From Gekko japonicus (taxonomy: Eukaryota): a stretch of DNA of 64,000 bases. Shown piece by piece: positions 49,447 through 62,561 of the stretch; position 1 is the stretch's first letter, and every line of letters begins with the position of its first letter. The notes beneath the pieces were generated by a model, which was not told where the DNA came from, did no database searches, and saw only the letters and a list, made by a program, of their open reading frames with translations. The stretch spans positions 17,286-81,285 of the forward strand of contig NW_015166455.1 of assembly GCF_001447785.1 (NCBI RefSeq), in the 5' to 3' direction. Position numbers and translations under genes: made by a program.

Positions 49447-52037
49447 TAACAGTGATATGCACTTTTCTCTGTTGAGATGCAGGTAAGCTGTGAAGGAAAT
49501 TACATCTTCTGAATACAAAGTAATATCTAGTTTACTTCAGCAGGGGATATCACATAGTTTTGGGGAAACTGAGAAGCAGCCACTTCATTCAAATTTTCCT
49601 TTCTGCAAAGTAAGTGCAGGAATTTGGAACAGATCTTTCCGGTCATTATCCAGCTGCTTGGGAGAAACCAAGTCCCCTCTTAGGAAGAACGACCTGTTCT
49701 GGCCAGTATGACATTTCAGATTTATAGAGGAAGCTGAGTATTACACATTTCACTCACAGAAAGGCCAACATATAAACATTAGGACTAAGAGGTCTGAAAG
49801 GAACCAAAATTACTTTAATGTGAACTGATATTGAATTTCAGGCCAGAAATACCGTGTCATTATAATCTGTCCTAAGAATGCCTTCAAAAATGGAGTCCAG
49901 CAAATCCACCTGAAACTTGTATTAAGTGTTCTATTGCGCTATTTGAGCAATTGCCTTCTTAGCAAAGATCTGTTCCTAGACTTGAGAACACCATTTCATT
50001 ACAAAAAGAGGTGAACAGTAATTTAGTTTGGATTTGAATTGCTTTTTTGGTGCAGTCTGTTTTCAAGCATAATGTGAAGACACAACAGCAGGGTTGCCAG
50101 CCCTGGGGGGCCAATGGTGTGACATCACTCCCAGGGAAACCTTGGAAGTGATGGCACTCCTTTCTAGGAATCACTGGAAACTAGCTGACAACCTCCTTCT
50201 GTCCCCCCCCCCCCATCTCTTGCAGTTATCTCTGTGGTTTAAGGAGTTGTGCTTGGCAGAGTTGAGAGTGAGGTTTATGTGCCTCGGTGGTTCCCCATCA
50301 ATAGGCAATTTCCTTTTCATCATCTTGCAAGAGGCCCCTTTTGCAAGACTAATTAATTTATAATTGTCTACTTTGCACAGTCGGACTTTGGTGCTGCTCG
50401 CAGGCTAAAGTGTGAGGTGCAACATAAACATAAATAGACACAGTTACTCCATTATGTATTCTATGGTTGTCTTTGAAGGAAAGTTTATTAAAAGCCTTGA
50501 TAATGATATAGTACTTGAGTTAAAAGTCTGGATCTGTGTTGTGGTAAGTAATGATATGACCGGAAGAGATAAATAGGCCACACAACAAGACTTGGAATGA
50601 AAAGTATGTACTTAAAGAACATTTATTTATATATTTCATTGTATATTCCACTTCCTCACCACCAACGGGGATGCAAAACAGCTTACAAAACTCCTCCATT
50701 TTATCCTCACAACCATCATCCTGTGAGATAGTGGGTTAGGCTGAGAGAGAGTGACTGACCCAAGGCTCTCCCAGTGAGCCTCCCTGGCAGAGCGGGGATT
50801 CAAACTTGGGTCTCTCAGATCCTAGTCCAACTCTCAGATTGCTTTATGACACTGACATCACACTTTAAAACAAATAAAGTAAATGAGCAGCAACTTTTTG
50901 GAGGGATTGTTGGGGGGTTTCTGATCATGGAAAATGCACTGGGGTGGAGGGGAGTGATAATTGCTACTTATTAGGAATACTCCAAATCTTCCAACCCAAA
51001 AAGAGGATGTTTTGATCAGTTTTTTGAGAAAAGAGCCCAAAAGAGGACAGACATCAAAAAGAAAGAGGACATCTGGTAAGTGGTGACCCTAGATGTACTC
51101 AACCTGCTGCTTTACCTGAACCTTCATTGCCCTATGGAATGTGAGATGGTTTGAGGTTTCTCCACCAGAAATGATTGTGTAGGAATTACTACATCAAATG
51201 GTTGCATCCACAGACATACACTACGACACTGTCCTCCTCTTCATCCTGTCAGCCTAATGGAATGTGGCTGCATGAGTGTTGTGAGCACGCATTGCACCAT
51301 GTTCCTTGTGAGAAGCTATCAAACATATCTTTCCCTTCTGTGTCACACCACTTTGTAAACCATTTGTTTTATTAACTTCTTTGATGGCTGCTGAAAGTTA
51401 ACATTTTGCAGCCATAAAAAGCTGAACTACAACTGAAGTACCAAGTTCCTGCTTAAAAGTCTGACAGCTTGATTTTCTGAGCAACGGCCTTCTTGTCTTG
51501 TCTCAAAGTGAGTGAACTGGATGAATGCACTTTAAAAAGGTACAAAAGGACCATAGTTGCTGGTATCTGTTTTCGTCTATTGGCTCTGACAAGTCTATGT
51601 GCTTGAGCAACTTCTCCTCCAGACAGTGAAATTACCTCAAGTTCTCCAACCTGAATAGCAAGATGATTAGATAAGGGCAAAAGGACATATGTTTCCAAAT
51701 GAAATAGAATCCTACCCTACCTTCAGTCTTACTCATTCTTTCTTTTCCTCCTATCTTCTCATGATAGTTGGTGTGTAAAGTTGCCAAAACATGGCAGTAC
51801 TCGGAAGAAACAATGAACATATAGTCAGAAATGCTCTTGATCATGCATTGCATCCCTAACAGAAGGCTAAGAGACCAACCTGCTCCTCTACAGAAGTTTT
51901 CTGATTTCAATAAGCAAGATTTGATATACTGATTAGGGATGGGCATGACCTGAGAAAATCGAGGTTCGGTCCATAGTTGATGGGGCCACACGAACCTTCA
52001 CAAACCTTTCTGTTTATTGAACTGGTTCATTTTGTGA

Positions 52038-52388
52038 AGGAGCTGCAGTGGCTCAGTGGTTAAGATGATGAACTGCAGGCTGGAAGGTCAGTAGTTCAGC
52101 AGTTCGAGACCCAAGTGCTGCATGATTGAGTGGGCTCCCGTCTCTGGTTCCAGCTCCTTCCAACCTAGCAGTTCAAAAGCAAGAAATTGCAAGTAGATAA
52201 ATAGGTACCGCTTCAGTGGGAAGGTAACAGCGTTCCATGCACCTCGGCGTCCTAGTCATGCCGGCCACATGACCATGGAAACGTCTTTGGACAGTGCTGG
52301 CTCTTTGGCTTAGAAATGGGGATAAGCACTGCAACCCTAGAGTCAGATTTGACTGGCTTTTGAGCAAGGGAAACCTTTACCTTTACCC
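52038..52388 (+). mobile_element. Sauria SINE (nested)
   Basis: 11-bp TSD TCATTTTGTGA. Confidence 0.92.
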
Positions 52389-52782
52389 TCATTTTGTGAG
52401 GTTTGTGATGTGGTAGAATGGCCCCCCTGTGGGGGTAGAGACCCAAAACTCACAGTGAGTCTCCAGCTGACTCTCCTCTGCCTGCCCTCCAAGTTTGGTG
52501 AGGATTGGATGGGGAGGCGAGTTACAGCACCTCAGAGCAGGTGCCCCCAGGAAAGTGATAGTTACAAAGTTCAATGTGTGTGGGGGTGTCTTCAGCTGAG
52601 GAACTAATGAAGCTAAGTCCCTCTGCTTGGTGTTAGCAAAAAGACAGGTACCTCAGAGCCCTGAGTAAGCACCAAACACCCCCAGCAGCACTGTTCACAC
52701 TGAGGAATGACTTCTAGTTCCCTTCCCTCTCTGCCTCTAACTCCCATGTAGTGCGCCTGCTGCCAACAGAAAAAAATGGCTG

Positions 52783-53460
52783 TGTCCTGACTCGGGCCAG
52801 GACTTGGCACCGAGAGGCAGCAGGAAGACCCAAGCAGAAGCGCCGCAACCCCCCACTGACCTGCAACTCATGACTCCAGAGGCAGTGCGACCAGGAGACG
52901 GTCGCAAGAGTGATGGAAGCCGGAGTGACGGTGGCGGCAGCAAGGAAGAGAGGCGGCCCTCGCAAGCCGGGTCCTCCATGCGGTGCCACCCATGAGGGGC
53001 AGCAGAGGCGGGCCTGGAGAGGCTGAGGCTGGTGACATTGGGGCCGGAGGGGCCGGCGTGGGGAGAGTGCACTCGGGGCCGGGTCCAGCGACGCCAGGGC
53101 GGGGCGAGTGGAAGTGGCCTCAGTGTGCTTCCCTTTGAAGGGGGGAGGGGCCCGGATGCAGGGGGAGTCACGGGGTTCAAGGGAGTAATAAAAGGAGAAG
53201 TCGGGAGGCAGCTGGGGAGGAGGACTGGGCTGGCTGGGACATATAAGGTTGCTCAGAGAGAGAGACCCCAGAGTCACCGAGGAGTTGGTGCAAAGGCCAG
53301 ATACCCAGGATGGGCAAGGGTTGCGGAGGACACACTCTGAATACCCCGTCATCTGAAGATGCTCCTCCCTCTTCACCCGGAGAACGCCTGACCACTGGAG
53401 GTGCGATCCCGGAAACTGCCAGCAGGGGGCGAACCCCTCGAGAGGAGCCAGGGCATGACA
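52783..53460 (+). mobile_element. Solo LTR (678 bp, Gypsy-like), GC-rich
   Basis: TGTCCTG...CATGACA ends; 5-bp TSD GGCTG; TATA-like CATATAAG at ~53240. Confidence 0.85.
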
Positions 53461-53734
53461 GGCTGCATGTGAGCTGGGGGTATATATGCCATTCTGCTCC
53501 CATAGAGCAGAATGGGAGCTCTCTTATTGGCGGCCAGCACTGCCTGTCGAGCTTTGGAGGGCCATTATTAGTGTTTCCAGGGCTGCAGAAAATCTTCCCC
53601 CCATTGCTTTGATGATCGTGATTGTTCTGTGCCAGACACCAGTGTGTCTCCTATGGAGGCTGCTGGCACACACCACCACAAACCGCTTGAACCTCTAAAA
53701 ACCATGTAAAGGGTCGTGGGAGGTTAATTGCAGG

Positions 53735-54198
53735 CAGGGGTCATTTCGTAGAAAAAGAGCTAGGGGAACTCATTAGCATAACTCATTAGCATATGCCACA
53801 CCCCCTGACATCACCGGAAGTGTGTCATAAGGCCACACCCCCTGACATCACCGGAAATGTGTCATAAGGCCACACACCCCGCCCCCAACGGTCCCGGCCG
53901 CCACTGCCGGCCTTGCAGCTCCACTGCCGAGCCCCATGAGGGTGGTGGACCTGCAAGGCTGGCGGGAGTGCAAGGAAGCCCCGCGTAGGCCCTCCCTGGC
54001 CCCAGGCAGGCAGGGGTGGGGAGAGGCAGGGAGGAAGCAACTTACCCTCCCTCTTCTCCTGCCTCCTCCTGGCTGAATGAGGGCCGGAAGTGGGGCGGCC
54101 GGAAGCAGGGGGTGGGGCTTCATCATGTGCCCCGCCCCTCAGTACCTCACCCCGGGGGAACTGCGTTCCCCCGCATTCCCCTCCCGAAATGACCTCTG
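53735..54198 (+). mobile_element. hAT MITE (CAGGGGTCATTTCG TIR)
   Basis: Perfect TSD ATTGCAGG. Confidence 0.92.
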
Positions 54199-54334
54199 AT
54201 TGCAGGTGAGATTTCATGGACCTTGGCTAACGAACTACAAACCAGGCAATTTTCATCACCAATTTAGGTTTGTGGCCCAGTTTGTGCTCATCCCTAATAC
54301 TGATTCTTTCCCATGCCTCCTGATTGTCCCAGCT

Positions 54335-54660
54335 GCAGTGCAGCTTACTATAATGTTACTCTATTTGGGGCTGCCCTTAAATACTTCCTGGAGACATCAA
54401 ATGGCTCCATATGTGGCATCTAGAGTTTTGACTGGTACTACCAGTTGTGCTCATATTACTCAATTCAAGGTGCTGGTTTAAGCTTTAAAGCCACAAATAG
54501 TCTGGAACAAAGTTATTTGAAGGAACAGTTAGTGCCATCTTAAGAACTTCTGCAGAGCCTTTACTCCAGATGTTCCTGCCTCCTGAATGGAAGTGAGTGG
54601 TGGTTACTCAGGACAGAGCCTTTACACAATGACACTGTGTTTATGGAATAGCTTTCCTTT
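54335..54660 (+). mobile_element. Old L2 fragment
   Basis: Degenerate YYNV.LYLGLPL, QFKVLV.(S)FKA and LWNSF motifs. Confidence 0.55.
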
Positions 54661-54678
54661 TCCTTTTGGCATTAGGAA

Positions 54679-54885
54679 GGGGCTGTGGCTCAGTGGTAGA
54701 GCATCTGCTTGGCATGCAGAAGGTCCCAGGCTCAATCCCCAGTATCACTAGTTAAAAGATCTTGCAGTAGGTAATGCAAAAGACCTTTGTCTGAGACTTT
54801 GGAGAGCCACTGCCAGTCAGGGTAGACTATACTGACTTTGATGGACCAAGGGTCTGATTCAGTATGATGCATTTTCACGTGTTCG
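54679..54885 (+). mobile_element. tRNA(Ala)-derived SINE (Squam2-like) with CR1-like tail
   Basis: Head GGGGCTGTGGCTCAGTGGTAGAGCATCTGCTTGGCATGCAGAAGGTCCCAGG; tail GATGGACCAAGGGTCTGATTCAG. Confidence 0.75.
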
Positions 54886-55312
54886 TTAGGTGAAGACGTT
54901 TTATTTCCATTGGCTTTTTCATAGTTGTTGGGTGACCCCATCTCCATGGATGGGGAAAGGGGTTTCAGTTGTATTATTGGCAATTACATTTTTTGAATTT
55001 TCTACTCTCTGTTGAAATGAACATTGTTGAACTGGATGCTGCTCTTGTACTTATTCATGTTGTCCTTTGTGATGTTTATGGTGCTATAATTGTCCTTAAT
55101 GGTTCACAGAAAAATTTTGATACAATTATTGGTTACTACTGGTTATTTTAGAGATAGTGTACATTGGTTTTACATCTTTTGGGCTGCCTTGAAGGTGTTA
55201 TGAAAATGTGGGATACGACTTCAAAATGCACAAATAAAATAAGAACTGGGGACATCCCCATTCATTCTTAGGCTCTGCACCATATGAGCTCCATGAGAAA
55301 ATGGCTCTTGTC

Positions 55313-55767
55313 CAGGGGTCGTTTCTTAGAAAAAGAGCTAGGGGAACTCATTAGCATATGCCACACCCCCTAACATCACCGGAAGTGTGTCATAAGGCCA
55401 CACCCCCTGACATCACCGGACGTGTGTCATAAGGCCACACACCCCACCCCCAACGGTCCCGGCCACCGCTGCTGGCCTTGCAGCTCCACTGCCGAGCCCC
55501 ATGAGGGGCCCGGCGGTGGACCTGCAAGGCCGGCGGGAGTGCAAGGAAGCCCCGCAAAGGCCCTCCCTGGCCCCAGGCAGGCAGGGGTGCGGAGAGGCAG
55601 GGAGGAAGCAACTTACCCTCCCTCTTCTCCTGCCTCCTCCTGGCTGAATGTGGGCCGGAGGTGGGGGGGCCGGAGGCAGGGGGCAGGGCTTCGTCATGTG
55701 CCTTGCCCCCCCGTACCTCACCTGGGGGAACTGCGATCCCCCGCGATCCTCCCCGAAATGACCTCTG
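55313..55767 (+). mobile_element. hAT MITE, close sister of 53735-54198
   Basis: Perfect TSD CTCTTGTC. Confidence 0.92.
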
Positions 55768-57903
55768 CTCTTGTCTAATGTGTGTTGACTATAGGGTTGC
55801 CAGGTCCACAGCATCTTAGGGAATTATAGGGTGGGCTGTGATGTCACCAAATAGCAGTACTAATGATGGCAATTCCACACACCACCAAGTACTGTTCCAC
55901 GTGTGTAGTCACAATAACTTTGAGGAGATTGATTGTTTACCATACTAATCTCCCCCCCCCCCCACATACCATGATAATTGACTACACAGAATGTGCAACT
56001 GATGGTTCACATGATTTATTTTAATTTGGTTTTGAGATTGTATCAGAAGAATTACCTTGTGCTATGTCTTGCACACTTTCTCTGAGCATAAGCAGACAGT
56101 GAGGAATGACATTTTCATGCTTCCACTTGCACAAGAACTGTTAGACACATAAAAATCTTCCACAGGAAGATTTCCCCCAGATATTTCCACCCATCATCAC
56201 GCTCTTGGTTTGGGAAACAAAATATTTTGTAATTGTAATTATTTTCTCATTGTAACCATCTTGAAGGCCTCTTGTCAGAGAGAAAGTCAGCATGGAAAGA
56301 CTTTAAATATATTGATAATCAATAAGTAGACACTGTGTTCCTGTCACCTCAATGTATTGCTATGCACTGCTCCTGAGACTGGCAGAGTTGCTCGGAAAAC
56401 TCTGTATATGAGCAGTCTTTCAGCATTCAAAACAGGTTTCAAGGCTTTCCTTCAAGAAGTCCTATAGATTGCATTTATCACACTGCTTTGCTGGAGATAC
56501 GTTACATTTATCACACAGCTTTTATGTGTGATAAATGGAATGCGTCGTTCATAAAACAGATCTATACTTCTCAAAAGGCATGATTATGGGCAGTGAGATG
56601 GAGAAGATTAATCTTTTTGTGCTGTGGCATTATCCTTGTGCTTTTGGACCGAAGGGATCGAGCTTTCTTGTTTTAGTATCTTGTATAGTTTTGTAAGGTT
56701 TCTCATGGTTTGTGGACATTGGTTGGATTTTGCAGAAGGATTAGTAGTGTATGTTTGCAATGGGGAATAACATTTTGGGTGGGAAGTGGGTGATTGGAGC
56801 ATAACTGAAGCCTCCCATGCAGCTATTAAGGGTCAGTGTGCTGTAAGTGACTTATTTTATGCATGTCATAGCTTGAGTGAATTGTCCTAATTAAGAGTGC
56901 ATTAAAATGTGGAGAGGAGCACACATACTGTGGTTAAATCTCCTTGAGCAGGGATCTGTGCTTTCACAATGCAACCAAGTGATGTCATCTGAAATTGTTT
57001 ACAGGGAGTGGATTGGATTCAAACTAGATTTGCCAGCTCTGGATTAGTAAATTCCTGGAGATTTGAGGGTGGAGCCTAAGGTGGGTTTTTGGAGAGGAGA
57101 GGGACCTCAGTAGGGTATAGAGTCCGCTCCCTAAAGCTGGGAATAGTGGGGAGAGCATTTGTAAATCCAGGAGTTCTCCAGGCCTAATATTAGGGTTGCC
57201 AGCCTCTAGGTGGGGTCTAGAGATCTCTCGCTATTACAACTGACAATCCAGACAGCAGAGATCAATTCTCTAGGACAAAAAGGACAGCAGAGATCAATTC
57301 TCTAGGACAAAATGGCTGCTTTGGAGGGTGGACTCTATGGCATTGTACCCTGCTGAAGTCCCTTCTTTCCAGGAATTTTCCAACCCAGAGGTGGAAACCC
57401 TACCTCACATGGAGGCTGGAAACCCTAACCTAAAGGTTGTTTTTTTCCCCTAATGGTGGAGGCTTCATCTGGTGGAAGAGGCAGGTACTATTAGAGGAAG
57501 AATTCTTGTACCAGAGAAAAGCTCCATCTTCAGTGGAATAGAGGTTTTGGATCTACCAAATAATTCCCAGAGGTTTGTGTAGTGATGTTAGGATGTGCAG
57601 TGAGAATTCTCAGGGTTGTTGTGAGGACAAAATGGAGGAGTGTGGGATAATGCATGCCACCTTGATCTGTGTGGATAATGCACGCCACCTTGAACTATGT
57701 GAATATAGATGGGATAAAAATGTACTCAATGATAATAAAAGCAATTAATCAAGAAATGGATCCAACCCATCCCATTTGTAATTATTGTTATAACTAATAC
57801 AAATTGGGGGGAAAGCCCAGCTTTTGGATTTCGTGTTCAGGAAGGTCATCTGGTTCGACCAGACTCCGTATTGAGTTAATGAGTGGCAGTACACACACAC
57901 TAA

Positions 57904-58193
57904 GGTCCTTTCCGCATTGGCTTGCCACTCTGGATTTTCTCAGTGTTTGAGTTGAGGCAATTTAAGTCCAGGGTAAAACAGCATCCAAATAACCTGGGGA
58001 AACAGTAGGCTGAAAGCAGGCTGACCACTGAAGGGAGGTGATGTAATGCAGAATGGGGGGGGGGAGACAAAAGAATAAAAAAGAAGGTTTAGCTTAATTT
58101 TAGTGCAGAATGGGGAAAATCCTGATTTTTTTAAAAAAAGGTTGAATTAAATTTTAGTGCAGAATTGATTAAAAGGAGAGTGCAGAAAGGGCC
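57904..58193. mobile_element. PIF/Harbinger-like MITE
   Basis: TIRs GGTCCTTTCCGCA / TGCAGAAAGGGCC; TSD TAA. Confidence 0.7.
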
Positions 58194-59632
58194 TAAGAAA
58201 GCAGCACCACAGAACCCATTCCAATGGGAGAGGTAAAGGATATCTGCCTCCTGCAACGCTGTTTGCATCCCCCCCCCCTGAAATAACAGAACAACAGGCA
58301 AAGCCCTCCTCCCAAACCAACAATGTGATTAGTATAAACCACAGTTTGGAAAGACAGACCTATCAGAACTATCCTCTTTGGTGGGCTTGGCCTGTGCATA
58401 ACCTTGCTGATTGGCTACTGTCCTTGCCCCTGTCCTTGTCAACCCAAAGCTTGTCATTTACATATCTTACTCTCTCCTTTCCTTCTGACAGATATGAGAG
58501 TTCTTGATGTTTTTAATGTTCCTAGAAAGCAGCGGAGGATGGGAGTTCTTAGTCCACACGAGTTAATGCCATAATGAAATTATTATTCTTTAAAGGACCA
58601 TAAGGCTCACTTTTATGCTTACATAATAAATAGACCCGTTGTGGGAGCTTTTAAATCAATTGGATGAAGTAGGAGTTACTTGTGAAAATATATGGAAAAA
58701 CTTCAGTTGATGAACAACTGGATAACAAACTATTTTGTAACACAGTGGTATAGGATGCACTTGTATCCTGTTTCAGATTTGCATACACTTTAACTATATG
58801 ATAGCCAACTGAGATTCTAAATGTCTCCCAGATCCTTTTCAGTTTAGGTATGTCAATAAGAAAAGCTGAGTTTAATCCTCTTTGCTGTAACCATTGTAAT
58901 TACTAATTTCAGAAATCATGTGATTATACTGCTGAAAATTGAAGTCAGACACATCCCTTCATTTCAGCCGGCAAAATATTGCCATAAAATGAAAATTAAA
59001 AGTGTAATCTTTCATTAGCTTCACCAAGACATTCTGATGCGATTCTGGTGCTTCCACTTTCCCCTTGACTTGCTTAAAGGAAGCTGTTGACTGCACTGCA
59101 CTGAAACGCAAAACAACAACAACAACGAAACCCTTTTGCTAAGGTTAACATTTTACAAATGCTGAACTAGTAACACTGTAATAAAAGCCATATTAACACA
59201 CGAAAACAAGTAATTAGGAGTTAGTATGTTCTACTCTTTTTGTCTCTGGAAACGTTCGCTTCCCCCAGTCTTGTTATGAGCTTTGTTAACAAATCCCTGG
59301 GCTTCCATTTCATTTTAAGGTAGATTTGGAGGCTTAAAGTTAAGTCATTCTTGGGATCTTGATTATTCCGACTAGGCCTTCTCTGCCTCTCTAATAAAGA
59401 TTCTTTTTTTCTGCTTCCACTACCAGAATATTATATCAAGTTTTGTCCTATGCGCAAACTAAGAGAGAGTCCATGGCTCAGTGATAAAATACCAACTTTC
59501 CTGCAAAAGACCACCGATTCAGGCTCTTGTGTTTCCAGTTTTAAAGTTCAGGTAATAGAAGTGAAAGATCTCCATGTGAGACCCCGGGAAGCTGAGCTAA
59601 GTGGACAGTACCTTAAACAGAACAGTGGCCGC

Positions 59633-60010
59633 CAGGGCTTTTTTTGTAGAAAAAGCCCAGCAGGAACTCATTAGCATAATAGGCCATACCCAACAGCAGG
59701 AACTCATTAGCACATTAGGCCACACCCCTGACAGCACAGCTCATTCACATATTAGGCCACGCCCCCATGTTACCAGAAGTGTGGTCATCCAGCCACACCC
59801 ACCTTTTGCTTCTTATTCTCTTTACCTTGTTTGTTGTCAAAACCCAGGGCTTTTTGCATGTTAGGCCACACACCCCTAATTGTAGCCAATCCGAATGAGT
59901 TTCTGCTGTTGGGTGTGGCCTATTATGCTAATGAGTTCCTGCTGGGCGTGGCCAACTTGGGAGCCAGCCGGAACTCCATTCCTGTGCGTTCCTGCCCAAA
60001 AATAGCCCTG
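59633..60010 (+). mobile_element. hAT MITE (CAGGGCT TIR)
   Basis: TSD GTGGCCGC/GTGGCCAC. Confidence 0.85.
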
Positions 60011-60598
60011 GTGGCCACAATGTAAAGAAGCTTTAGGGGTTCATCTTGTCCCCTTTCTAAAAGATGTATGCACTGTCGAAAGACAAAATCATCCTTTGCT
60101 TGCATTCAGATGTCTGTAAACAAGGCTATGTGTTCTCTGCACTAAAACAAAACAACAAAAACTGAATACTGTGCCAAAAAGGTAGAATTTTGCAACCTGT
60201 ATAAAATTAAACAGAATGCCTTGCTTATTGTACATAATTTATTCAGCTTCTGCAAGACACAAAAAGAGGCATGGTCAAAGGAGAGGCATAAAGCACTCCT
60301 CCTCATCACTAGAAACCCCACCAAGTATTTTGGCTCTGGATGCATGAGTACACTTGGTGCACAGGTCTCTTACCTACAAGGGCTAGAAACCTGGTTTTGA
60401 AAGACAAAAAAAAAAAAACCGAAAATTTCATTTTAGTAGGTTGAATTCTTTTCCTAATACTTTCCTGCACTTGTGAGTGCCCCGTGAGTAAGATAGCATT
60501 TGGTGAGTAGTGTTGCGTGCCAGAAGGGGTATTGGTGAATAAAAAATGTGATGAGGCTAAAGTAAATGATATTAGCAATGGTACAGAGTAGATGTGAG

Positions 60599-60804
60599 CA
60601 GTGCTCCCTCTAAGCTGTGGAGTCTTGTGAACAAAAATCCTACTTTGTGAGCTACGGGCATTCAAGTTGTGAGTGAGCGATTTGGCTACCACATAAATTA
60701 GTTTACTCTGGAGCCATCCTTTCCAAGCGAAGACAAAAATGTGTGAGCCATAGGCTAGAAAACTGTGAGCTAGCTCACACTAACTCAGCTTAGAGGGAAC
60801 ACTG
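60599..60804 (-). mobile_element. hAT MITE (CAGTGTTCCC family)
   Basis: Perfect TSD GATGTGAG. Confidence 0.9.
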
Positions 60805-61137
60805 GATGTGAGTATTTACCCTCCCGTGATCACATAGGTATTCAGGATTGAATGCTCCTTTGATATCACTGATCAAGAGGTTTCATGTGTCCACCAGGAG
60901 AGCTTTCAGTCATTTGTAGCAAGGAGATCCTAACACCCCGGTGATGTAACAGGGTGGAGGGATGTAGAAGACAGGTTTATTTTGGCTGTATTGGCACTTG
61001 CTGTACTCCATGTATTTAGGAAAGGGCAATATATTAACTAATATATATATATCTGATCTGAAGATTCATGTTGTGTGACAACCCATAGACAATGTCCAGT
61101 ACTAAGCTATGTTGTTGTTGTTGTTGATGATGATGAT

Positions 61138-61362
61138 GTGTGTGTGTGTGTGTGTGAGTGAGTGTGTGTGTAAAGTGCCATTAAGTCACAGCCGACTTAT
61201 GGCGACCCCATCAAGGGACTTTCAAGGCAAGTGAGAAGTACAGGTGGTTTGCCATTGCCTTTCTCTGCAGAATCTTCCTTGGAGGTTTCCCCTCCAGGTA
61301 CCAACCCTGCTTAGCTTTCAAGGTCTGACGAGACTGGGCTATACCATGCCGCCTTCCCTCCC
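61138..61362 (-). mobile_element. 5S rRNA-derived SINE (SINE3) with RTE-like tail and (CA)n
   Basis: Minus strand reads AGCCCAGTCTCGTCAGACCTTGAAAGCTAAGCAGGG (5S A-box region), then GGCAATGGCAAACCAC...GGGGTCGCCATAAGTCGG. Confidence 0.75.
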
Positions 61363-61647
61363 ATTAAGCTATGTTATCAACCTGTATTTCATAGTATACA
61401 CCAAACTTGTAGTTTTCTTATGACATATGCTTTTAAATAAACAAACATTAATTGGCTAAATACATAGTGGTAGGCCATACACATGCTGTAAATTAATGGG
61501 GTTACAGTAAAGGTTCCTCAATTTATTTATCACATTTGAATCCCTCAAACTCAAGCCAGCATACAGGGTTTTTCTTCCCCCTCTTTCTCCTTTCAACACC
61601 CCTGTAAGGTAGGTGCAACTGAAAGAGAGTGACTGGCCCATGGTCAC

Positions 61648-62561
61648 TGTGATGGACAGTAAGTGGTTAATGCTTTAACTCATTCTGAGAACCTTGAGTA
61701 ACAGGGGATTCAAACAGAATTCTAAGAAGGACAGTTAAGAAATGACAGTTGACTAGGAAGGAAGGTTGAGAGTGTGAGAGAATCAAGAAGGATCCCCATT
61801 CACACCTGAGGGTAATAGTTCCTAGTAAAGGGGCTGATCCTTATTAAGTGGTTAAGAAGGGATATTGGAAGATGTGTGAATGTTCCTGCCTTCACCAAAT
61901 TAAGTGTCTTGAAGACAAAGAAACTTATATTTGTTTATTGAAGCCGAAACTGACAAGAAATCTCTCCTCAGTGTTTAAAGACCTGTCTGTATAACTAAAC
62001 AGCTATGTGTTTGTGACAAACGATCTTTTGTTTGTTTTTATACAATGTTACCTCATCCCTGTTGCCAATTCACCTTCTAAATCCTAAACCTGATACTTAC
62101 CTGACCATTTCCCCTCATAAATAAAATAAAACAGTTTGTTTGTTTTGAATTACCATCAGCCTCTTGTGTGCCATTATCACACAAAGACAAAAGAAGGGTT
62201 TTAGTTGGTCCCTCAGATCCCTGCCCTAACTTTGATAGCCCAGGCTAGCCTGATCTTGTCAGCTCGGAAGCTAAGTAGTATTTGGAGACCTCTAAAGAAT
62301 ACCAGGGGCGTGATGCAGAGGCAGGCAATGGCAAACCACTTCTGGATGTCTCTTGCCTTGAAACTCCCATGAGGTCACCATAAGTCAGCAGTGACTTGAC
62401 GGCACTTTCCATTACCACTCAGATATCTAGGCTGGTTCAGCAAGCATATAACTATATACATTTAAACAACTGGGTGGGAGAGACAGAAGAACAAAGATGG
62501 GAAAGAAAAAGAGCTGCCCAGCCAAGAAGAGGATAAAAGGATCCCAGGGGGAATCATTATA
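61648..62561 (+). mobile_element. Solo LTR inserted in a CORE-SINE
   Basis: TGTGATG...CATTATA ends; 5-bp TSD GTCAC; AATAAA at ~62120; the SINE resumes after it. Confidence 0.75.
62219..62417 (+). mobile_element. 5S rRNA-derived SINE nested in the LTR
   Basis: GCCTGATCTTGTC..CTCGGAAGCTAAG 5S head; TSD CTCAGAT. Confidence 0.75.

Larger units (their letters stand above)
51934..54296. mobile_element. Non-autonomous hAT element hosting three nested insertions
   Basis: TIRs TAGGGATGGGCA / TGCTCATCCCTA; perfect 8-bp TSD ATACTGAT. Confidence 0.88.

Noticed and set aside
52714-53612. Several 100-220 aa ORFs
   Set aside because: Stop-poor GC-rich solo LTR with no domain-like sequence
54679-54750. 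tRNA-Ala gene
   Set aside because: The T-arm and acceptor stem are degenerate and it continues into a SINE body
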